A program made the translations under genes and the position numbers. Shown one piece after another: positions 54,854 to 64,000 of a stretch of DNA of 64,000 nucleotides (the first letter of the stretch is position 1; each line of letters starts with the position of its first letter). Under the pieces are notes generated by a model that made no database searches, was not told the DNA's origin, and worked only from the letters and a program-made list of their open reading frames with translations. Where the stretch lies: the NCBI GenBank assembly GCA_951406725.2, contig OX597824.1, forward strand, positions 72,850,001 through 72,914,000, in the 5' to 3' direction. The stretch comes from Octopus vulgaris. Lineage: Eukaryota.

Positions 54854-54966
54854 AATAAAAATTGATATAATTCCTATCAAATTGAATTTTACATGCTGTT
54901 TTTCATTTCCCAGACAAGATAAAACTGTAGCTCAGTCACCCTTCATTTCAAGGCACTAAAATATTT

Positions 54967-55545
54967 AATTCTTTATTGCCCACAAGGGGCTAAACATAGA
55001 GGTGACAGACATAGGGACTAAGTCGATTACATCGGCCCCTGTGCATAACTGGTACTTATTTAATCGACCCCGAAAGGATGGAAGGCAAAGTTGACCTTGG
55101 CAGAATTTGAAATCGGAATGTAGTGGAAGACAAAATACCTATTTCTTTACTACCCACGAGGGGCTAAACACAGAGAGGACAAACAAAGACAGACAAGCGG
55201 ATTAAGTCGATTATATCGACTCCAGTGCGTAACTGGTACTTATTTAATCGACACTGAAAGGATGGAAGGCAAAGTCAACCTTGGTGGAATTTGAACTCAG
55301 AATGTAGCAGCAGACGAAATACCTATTTCTTTACTACCAACAAGGGGCTAAACACAGAGAGGACAGACAAACAGATTAAGTCGATCATATCGACCCCAGT
55401 GCGTAACTGGTACTTATTTAATCGACCCCGAAAAGATGAAAGGCAAAGTCGACCTTGGTGGAATTTGAACTCAGAATGTAGCGGCAGACGAAATACTGCT
55501 AAGCATTTCACCTGGCGTGCTAACGATTCTGCCAGTTCGCTGCCT
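54967..55545 (-). mobile_element. SINE family B head-to-tail trimer
   Basis: One head plus three body-tail units. Confidence 0.88.
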
Positions 55546-55831
55546 AAGGCACTAAAATATTAGTGATCAGCTGCTGTCTTTCATTAGAGGGTATCTATAC
55601 TTCTTGAGAAGCAAAACGCTTAGTGGCATTTTATCCGTCTTTATGTTCTGAGTTCAAATTCTGCTGTAGTTGACTGACTTTCATCCTTTCAGGGTTGATA
55701 AAATGAATATCAGTTGAGCACTGGAGTCAATGTAACCGACTTATCCCATCACTTAAACTTGCTGGCCTTGTGTGAAAATTTGAAACCAATATTTCTTGAG
55801 ACGATTTCCATGGACCCCCAAGAAAGAAATA

Positions 55832-56048
55832 GGAGGGGGTGCTGAAAAGTTCCTGGCTTTAAGGGTATCGCAAAAGGCCTAGTTGGAGGCTCAACCTTCC
55901 AAGTTCTTTTACAGGGCTTAGAAAAACTGAAGGACCGCTGCAATAAGTGTGTGAATCTGAGAGGGGAATATGTTGTATAAAATCACAATTAACTGATCCT
56001 CCTGTATTTTCTTTTAACAAAAGCCAGGGACTTTTCAGTACCCTCTCA
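55832..56048 (+). mobile_element. Internally deleted mariner (MITE)
   Basis: About 28-bp TIRs, TA flanks; retains the transposase C-terminus GLEKLKDRCNKCVNLRGEYV. Confidence 0.85.
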
Positions 56049-57616
56049 TATTTAACTGGTTACAAAAACAAAGAAAACAAATAGGAATACTCTTTTACTT
56101 GTCTCAATCATTTGATTGTGGCCATGCTGGAGCACCACCTTTAGTCGAGCAAATCAACCCCAGGACTTATTCTTTGCAAGCCTTGTACTTATTCAAATGG
56201 TTTCATTTGCCGAACCGCTAAGTTACAGGGATGTAAACACACCAGCATCAGTTGTCAAGCGATGTTGGGGAGACAAACACATGCATACAAACATATACAC
56301 ACACATATACATATATATGACGGGCTTCTTTCAGTTTCCGTCTACCAAATCCACTCACAAGGTTTTGGTTGGCCCAAGGCTATAGTAGAAGACACTTGCC
56401 CAAGGTGCCACGCAGTGGGACTGAACATGGAACCATGTGGTTGGTAAGCAATCTACTTACCACACAGCCAAAAGGTGCTGCAGCAAATGTTGCTATGATA
56501 AAGGGAGGGAAAAGTAAGAGAGTGTTTGCCCTATATTTTTTCATACATTTCAAACAACTGGAATTATCCTTTTATAGATAGTTTTTTTCAAAATTCCAAC
56601 TTCATTTTTCATGCAACCACTTGTGTAAGTCACAGCCTCCAGCAACCACTAGTAATAGCTTAAATTCATTTAACTTTTGTGTCATATGGGGGTGCAGAGA
56701 GGAGAGGGGTGGGGGCTAAAAAAATTTGAAAGACATGGATATTTGAAAATTTTTCCTTTTTAAAAAATGTGAATTATAAGTGTTTCAGAATGTACATTAT
56801 TATAAAATGACAAAAATTACTGAAAAAAACCCCCAAATCATTTTAATTATACCAGTAATTCCCAAAGGCACAATAAAGGGAGTTGGAGAAAGAGAGTCAA
56901 GAAGTTTGAAAGACTTGGATTTTTGAAATAAAAAAAACAAAAAATTAATGCGAATTATATGATCTTTAGAAATCAGAGCAGTATAAAATAACAAAAAAAA
57001 AATGCTGACAAAGACCATTTTATTCATGGGAGCTATTCCAAAAGTTTGCCACCGGCCCCTCCTCACCATCACCACTCATCTGGGAACATACACACACTTG
57101 AGCTTATCACTCATAGATGAGTTTGAAGCAAAATATGTAAGTTTTGTTTCTTCTCAAGCCATGTCTGGTTCATAGGGCTGATTTCCCAGTTTCCTTGGCA
57201 TATATGTTCCCCACCTGGACTGTTCCCCACCTGGACTGTTCCCCACCAGTCCGTTGCAGGTGAAAAATGCAGGAGGAAAGAATGAGAGAAATTTGTGATG
57301 AAAGAGTCAGCTGAAGTTCGCCATTACCTTCTGCCGGAGCTGCATGGAGCTTAGGTGGTTCGCTCATAAACACACACATCACCCGGTCTGAGATCCGAAC
57401 CCGCGATCCCTCGACCACGAATCCGCTGCTCTAACCATGAGGCCATGTGACTCCACAAAATATATAAGTACTCCTTCATAACTATTCATAGCTATAGTAA
57501 CATTTTTTACTCCCACATAGTAGCTATTATTGCTAGAGTACTATCTCCTGTCAACAGAATTGGTTACAACATTAAAGCCTACAAATTCTTTATTTGTAGG
57601 CTGCACGGATTGTATG

Positions 57617-57667
57617 GCAGCACGGATTTTTGTCAGTGAACAGGTCGCGGTCTTATAGCGACGAAAA
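57617..57667 (+). mobile_element. Truncated copy of the G3:C8 hammerhead family
   Basis: gcagcacggatttttgtcaGTGAACAggtcgcggtcttatagcgacGAAAA; 3' strand of stem I missing. Confidence 0.7.
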
Positions 57668-58820
57668 AAGTTCTATATTTGTTTTACTGATTCTTTTTCT
57701 ATCAGATCGTATGCAGGAGCTATTGTCTTCGAATGTTTCTGTATATCTTGGACAATTTGCCAAGAAGCAGCGATATCCTCTCCATTCGGTTGTCAGCTCT
57801 TCTTATAATTATATATAAACAAAATAATTAATAGCTAAGCGGCATTATGAAGCTCATCCATCTCACCGCCAATAGACAAACACTGCTTCAATTTCAGTAT
57901 TTTTTTAAAAAATCGAACACGAACAAGTTTCAACAATTACGTATTCATTCTACGAGAAACAAAAGACATGAATTACCCCCCTCTACGCCGTTATGAAATT
58001 GTCTCCCTTTGATTTGTTCACTTAATCTTTGCTTGCCTTGCTCATCTTTGCTGTAAATTGGCAGCGAAAATAGAAGATAGAGTGGATAGTCTTGATTGTC
58101 TGTATCATCAAGAATTGCATTTCGTAATATCTGAGAACTTATATGTCATTAATTTTAGCCTCATGTTAATTTTCATTCAATAAGCTTATGATCAAAAGCA
58201 TTCCAACCGTGACCATTGGTTGTCCCTAATTTTCAGGTGGTTTTATCTAAGACTCCATTATCAAGTGTCTTTTTGTTTTTGGCAAGACGTGATTTGAAAG
58301 ATGGTTTAGCTGATATTTCTTGGATAATAAGCTATCACATGAAGGTAACTTTGTTGGTGGTTCAAAGAAGTGCATGTTGTTTCTAGCAGTGCCCTTCATC
58401 AGGAGAATGTGCTTTCCCTGCCAAAACTTGCAAAAAAAAAAAAAAAAAAAAATTTTTTTTTAAAACCCTCACCAGAAGAGATAACTTTCTCAACATGTTT
58501 GAAATTTCAATCTTGTAAAAGATTTTTCATATATTTGTTTAGAATATCTCGAATTAAATTACGTCTTGGGGGAAATATTCACTCTGGGTTTGAGTTTGGA
58601 TCATTTAAAAAGTTGTTGTTGAATAGAATTTTTATTTAATAATCAGATTCTTATTTGAAAATAATATGAGAAAAATCTTTTCAACATAGCCTCATCTCTT
58701 AAATTATATTCAATTTGAATTATCAATATGTTGTAGTCAGGTCTGGTTAAGCAATCCTACGGTATGCTGAAAGTCTGCCAAGTGATGAGACGTGAGTTAT
58801 TGATCGATGTCTCCATATAT

Positions 58821-59238
58821 TATTTCTTTATTGCCTACAAGGGGCTAAACACAGAGGGGAAAAAACAAGGACAGACGAAGGGATTGAGTCGATTACATCG
58901 ACTCCAGTGCGTAACTGGTACTTATTTAATCAACCCCGAAAGGATGAAAGGCAAAGTCGACCTTGGCGGAATTTGAACTCAGAATGTAATGGCAGACGAA
59001 ATACGTATTTCTTTATTACCCACAAGGGGCTAAACACAGAGGGGACAAACAAGGACAGACGAAGGGATTAAGTCAATTACATCGACCCCAGTGCGTAACT
59101 GGTACTTATTTAATCGACCCCGAAAGGATGAAAGGCAAAGTCGACCTTGGCGGAATTTGAACTCAGAACGTAACGGCAGACGAAATACGGCTATGCGTTT
59201 CGCCCTGCGTGCTAACGGTTCTACCAGCTCGCCGCCTT
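58821..59238 (-). mobile_element. SINE family B dimer with 36-bp flanking duplication
   Basis: Direct repeat at 58785-58820 and 59240-59275. Confidence 0.88.
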
Positions 59239-60251
59239 CATGAGATGTGAGTTATTGATCAATGTCTCCATATATACAGCGTTTTTGTTAAACTGATTGC
59301 CTTGTTGTACACTTGGACATGTGATGATGTATTGTAGAGGATGCAGTGAAACAATCTGGATGATATCTTACAATTTCTGAACAGCCGAATCCATTTTTGT
59401 TCTACATTAGATCCTAATGGTGGCTGTGGCAGAAGAGGGTTTGGTAGGCTTGAGCAAAACATGATAATTGTGGTTTCTCTTTATTTATTGTTGGTGGTGT
59501 TAAATGTGTAAAGGCGGCAATGTATGGCAAATGAATGTCTTAATGGAGACCTGCCGAAAGTTAGTGAGAAGATCAGTCAAAGACAGCTGCAACTATCTGG
59601 TCACTGCGTGCACCACCCTGACATGTAAGCATCCAAATTGGTCTTGTGGAATCCACTTCATGGTCAAGTAAGAAGAGGAAAACGTTGTCACACTTGCATT
59701 CACAACTTTATTGCAGACACTGGCCTGGAATGTATCCAGGATCTAGAGGCAGTGATGATAAAATGAGAAGTGTAGCAGGCGGACTTTGTTGCTGCGCCCC
59801 AAGTTGGAATCCGGCCATAATAATTATAGCAGCATCCTAGAACATGTTTGGAGCAAATGAGACTATCGATGTTGCAGCTACTTCCCACCACTCTGTGTGT
59901 GTCTGTGTTCATTAACTGAGCAGGAGAGACAGTGGTTTTAGGATATTACTGCAATTATAGGAATATTGCATATGTGTCTGGGTGTTTGGAAGTGTGTTTC
60001 CATGAAGTGGAAAAGACTGAAAGTTTGAAGTTTGCTGCAAAAATGAACTCTGTCCATCATTCTTGATATATATATATATACATATATCATCATCATCATA
60101 TATATATATATATATATATTGCTTCAAATTTATGTGAATGTGTATAGAATAATATATCAGTTGCACAAAGTTAAAACATGGTCTGGTTTTCACGTTTTTT
60201 TATTATGGTATTTCAACATTAAAAAAAATATATTTTGTAATGCTCAAAGTC

Positions 60252-60289
60252 AAATTAGTGCTTTCATACATAGAGTAATCATCAGATTT
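60252..60289 (-). ncRNA. Minimal type I hammerhead ribozyme motif, canonical core, in PLE 3' repeat
   Basis: aaat CTGATGA t tac-tctat-gta t GAAA gcac TA attt. Confidence 0.75.
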
Positions 60290-60776
60290 CAAATGTGTTT
60301 AACTGACAGCTGAGTTCTTGACAACTGTAGTACCTCCTAGAACGCTCCAACAAGCTGAATTTTTAGAATACCGTTTTGACCAATCTGCATGCAACTTAAA
60401 CATCACAGTTTGCCAAGTATACCGATATTCTGTAATTTGCTTATATTCATGTGTTGGAGATCATTAACTTGTTATATTATTGTTGTTATTTCCATTCAGA
60501 ACAGGTATGAACATTTTAATAAAGCGTTTTTCTTTTATCTTTCTTCCAACCTCACTTGCATCATGTAGTTTGTGGGATGGAAAAATTAGGAACATTTTTT
60601 GATCACATGTCACTATATGTTTGCTCAATGGAATTTGGTGAACATTAGTGTTCCGGATTTGTTGTGTGTGGACTCGCGAACATTCTGATAATGCATTCCC
60701 TGTCTCACCTATATATAATTCTTTGCAATTCAGGCATTTAATGCAGTAGATCAAATTTCTGCTTTTGCAGTTCATA

Positions 60777-60923
60777 GAGATGCAGCACGGATTTTTTCAG
60801 TGAACAGGTCGCGGATTTTAGCGACGAAAATATTTTGACAAATTAAACTTAAATGTTGAAGTGAATCGAACGGCTTTTGTGTGTTTCTTAAATGGCTTAC
60901 AAACACCTTCCACGCTGCAATTG
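60777..60923 (+). mobile_element. 147-bp element carrying the G3:C8 hammerhead motif (60792-60842), nested in the PLE ORF
   Basis: 8-bp TSD AGTTCATA at 60769-60776 and 60924-60931; removal rejoins ANADMN/CKSRNLIYC; same sequence as the arms at 30.8-31.0 kb. Confidence 0.85.
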
Positions 60924-62165
60924 AGTTCATATCTGCATTTGCAAAAATCTGTCCATTTTTTGTTCTAATGGATCTACCAGTATGCATATATTGACACATT
61001 CCACATCCGTTATCATTACACTTGAATACTGTGAATGTTTTATCCTGTTTGTTCATGTTGAATTTTGCCTTTGTTAATAGTTTCTTTAGGTTATGTGGTT
61101 ACCTTTTGCTGAAGATAAGTGTTTGATTAGTTGTTATATTTTTTAATTTTTCACTTTGTTTTATGATTGGCAAATTTGTTTTCATGATGTTAAAAATGTT
61201 TTCGTGATGTGGCTTGTGTGTTACTAGAAATGGTATTGTGTTCCTTTGATGGATTCGTTTTGCCCTAAGTTGTTCTATAGGTATCTCTTTTGCTCATTAT
61301 ATGCTATTTTCTATAAGTAGGAGAGGGTAATTTTGCTTGAGCAGAAATCCTTTGAGTTCTATAAGTCGTGTGCTTCTGGTATTTGGATCATCAACTATAG
61401 TACAAATTTTCCTAGCTAGACAGTATGGGATGTTGTGTTTTGTGTGTGTTGGGTGGTATGATTTGAAATTTAGGTACTGGTGTGTATCTGTGTTTTTGTA
61501 ATAAATATCAGTTGTGATTGTGTTGTTTTAATTACCATTATGTCAAGAAATGGTAATTGTGTGTTGCTAATTTCTCATGTGAGTTTGAGACTAGGGTGTA
61601 GATTGTTGAGGAGGGTGCTGAATTCTTCCAGATTTTTTAGGGATTTGGTCCAAATTAGGAAACAATCATCAAGGTATCTTTTCCATGTGTCCTTTATATG
61701 TCTTTTAAAGGTCATGCCATAGTTCTCTTCAATTTTGTTTTATATAGGTTTTGTTCCAAGTATCCCAATACAGAGTTCGAGAAAACTAGAGCAAATCATG
61801 TCTCCATAGCTGTGCCTCGAATTTGGAGGTAGTATTTTTCCCTTGAAAAGGAATGTATTGTTTTCAAGGATGAGACTGACCACGTCTACTATGAAGGGTA
61901 CAGCAAATCTACTGGAGATTGCTTCTCTATGTTTCTCAACCCAATGTTTTATGGCAGTAAGTCCCAAATCATGTGGAATGTTCGTATATAAGTTTGTTGC
62001 ATCAAAACAAACTAACAGTGAATGAGATTCTGCTGTTTTGGGCAGATGTGACAGGAAATCGATGTCATCCCAAATGAAACTGAGTATGTGACTACATAGT
62101 GGTTTTAGGATAATGTCAAGGAGGCTGCTCAGATGATGTGTAGGACTGTCAGTTAAACACATTTA

Positions 62166-62203
62166 AAATCTGATGATTACTCTATGTATTAAAGCGCTAA
62201 TTT
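62166..62203 (+). ncRNA. Minimal hammerhead motif in inverted 5' PLE repeat (G12 mutated)
   Basis: aaat CTGATGA t tac-tctat-gta t tAAA gcgc TA attt; palindromic GCGC loop. Confidence 0.65.
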
Positions 62204-62309
62204 AACTTTATGAGCATTACAAAATATTTTTTTAATGTTGAAATACCATAATAGAAAACATGAAAACCAGACCATGTTTTAACTTTATTCAATTGATATA
62301 TATATATAG

Positions 62310-62493
62310 CTGGAATTTACAAAAAAATAAACAAAACTAAAGACAAAGATGGGCGTGTAAACAACAAACAGATGTATTAGTTTAACACTCAGGAAGTAAG
62401 AAAGTCTTTTATGTTTCGAGCCTATGCTCTTCAACAGAAAGGAACGCAGAAAAAACAAGGAGAGAAAATTATAAAAAGCTTTAGTAGCTAGCG
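62310..62493 (-). mobile_element. Second copy of the A6U hammerhead-like family (motif 62406-62441) in (TA)n
   Basis: cttt CTGTTGA a gagc-atag-gctc GAAA ca TA aaag. Confidence 0.6.
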
Positions 62494-62525
62494 ATATATA
62501 TATATATATATATATGTACATATAC

Positions 62526-62565
<40 letters not shown>

Positions 62566-63050
62566 CACACACACATCACTCTTGCTGCCAGCTGGCTGAG
62601 TTAACATATATATATATAAATGGACGGATGAACTTAGTGTAGGTTCAACGGCCATCTAGCAATTGCACAGGCCCTCAGAAATTCTCGGTTGGTGCCTGGT
62701 ATGCTGGAAGACGACTCAGAGTGAGGCACTCCTCAGCTTTTACTAAAGCATGTATTTTGGAGAAGGTCAATCTGATATAAAGCCTGATATACGAGGAATG
62801 GCATTGGACGTTTTGGGAGATCATTTCCTTAAAATCTCTTTGCACTGATGTCACTCAGACAGCATCTATATTGTTTATGCCTCACATAAGCATACAGTCC
62901 AGTAGCTTGCAAAAGGTAACATTAGTTTAAAATCAGAGCTGGCACCAGTGAATGCATCTGGCTATAGTATACTGCTTCAAGTAGACTTACCCAGTCCATG
63001 ATCATGTATGGATTATCTATGATCACATGTCTGCTTGAGCAGGTTTAACT

Positions 63051-63144
63051 GAAGAAGAAGAAGAAGAAGAAGAAGAAAAAGAAAAAGAAGAAGAAGAAGA
63101 AGAAGAAGAAGAAGAAGAAGAAGAAGAAGAAGAAGAAGAAGAAG
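63051..63144. repeat. (GAA)n homopurine tract
   Basis: About 30 GAA units, purine-only. Confidence 0.97.
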
Positions 63145-63164
63145 AGCAACAACAACAATAAAAA

Positions 63165-63484
63165 AAATGGCATTGGTGGAGCGATGTATACCCTACGCAC
63201 ACACCAGGATAAAAAAAAAATTTAACTTAATATATTCTCAAATTCATATTTTAATAAAATGACGTCAAGAGTTATTTTCCCCTGCTTATCGTTTATGCAT
63301 AAGAAACAAAGAAAATTTTGATTCATCCATCCGCCAAAATTCAATGAGTTTCGAGCCACTCACTTAATGAGTATTTCTGCCAAATTTGGGGAAAATCCGT
63401 TCAGCTGTTATCTGGTAATTTTGAAAACACACAGACAAAGACAAGCGACTACAGTACTCTACTTTCGCTTACGTGCGTAAGGTA
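63165..63484 (+). mobile_element. Possible Helentron/HINE-like non-autonomous element
   Basis: ACAGAC microsatellite followed by the 3' hairpin CTTTCGC...GCGTAAG (63462-63481). Confidence 0.4.
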
Positions 63485-64000
63485 ACAACAGCAACAACAA
63501 CAAAAGCAAAGAATATTTCTACGAATCAGTAGCAACAGTGGAGGTGCAATGTCCCAGTGGTTAGGGCAGCGGACTCACGGTCTGAGGATCGCGGTTTTGA
63601 TTCCCAGACCGGGCATTGTGTGTGTTTATTGAGCGAAAACACCTAAATCTCCACAAGGCTCCGGCAGGGGGTGGTGGCGACTTCTGTTGTACTCTTTCGC
63701 TCCAACTTTCTCTCACTCTTTCTTCCTGTTTCTTGTCCCTGACTTCCTACACAACTGCTGAGCCTGGATGCGCATTCATCCATCCGTCAATGCTCTCGGT
63801 GTCGGGGGTCGACCTGCTTTCTCTTCTGCGTGTATTACGAATAGCAAAGGACCACGTGTCGGACTTCTCCCACTAATGGAACGAAGACCGCTTCGCTCAA
63901 CAAACAAACAAACATGCAAGCAGCAACAGTAATTATGACATTGTAATATAATGTATTGATTTATCAATGTGACGTATAATATTTTCATTATCTCACTTGT

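Larger units (their letters stand above)
60152..62303 (-). mobile_element. 5'-truncated Penelope-like retroelement (RT + GIY-YIG), decayed, bracketed by inverted terminal repeats
   Basis: RT motifs (LVCFDATNLYTNIPH, RYLDD) and GIY-YIG (NLIYCIKCLNCKELYIGETG); about 150-bp inverted repeats at 60152-60310 and 62146-62303. Confidence 0.88.

Overview
AT-rich, repeat-dense eukaryotic genomic DNA. The SINE and microsatellite complement suggests a cephalopod such as Octopus (inference); nothing prokaryotic is present. Two real genes are visible and they converge. The first is the last seven coding exons of the 26S proteasome AAA-ATPase PSMC6/Rpt4 (+, 395-14974). The second is a 1560-aa C2H2 zinc-finger gene with an uninterrupted CDS and 17 fingers (-, 22614-27296). 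The rest is tRNA-derived SINEs of several families, decayed RTE and CR1 LINEs, Penelope-like elements (PLEs), DNA-transposon MITEs and microsatellites. Most short ORFs in the track are spurious. Three observations stand out. (a) Four families of minimal type I hammerhead-ribozyme motifs with different cores (CUGAUGA, CCGAYGA, the G3:C8-swapped GUGAACA, and CUGUWGA) sit in PLE terminal repeats and in short, often palindromic non-autonomous elements. (b) The ZNF carries two finger triplets with the same DNA-contact residues at opposite ends of the protein. (c) The last PSMC6 intron holds a candidate alternative or poison terminal exon, next to an oddly divergent last exon. All structures were folded and aligned by eye; no searches were run.
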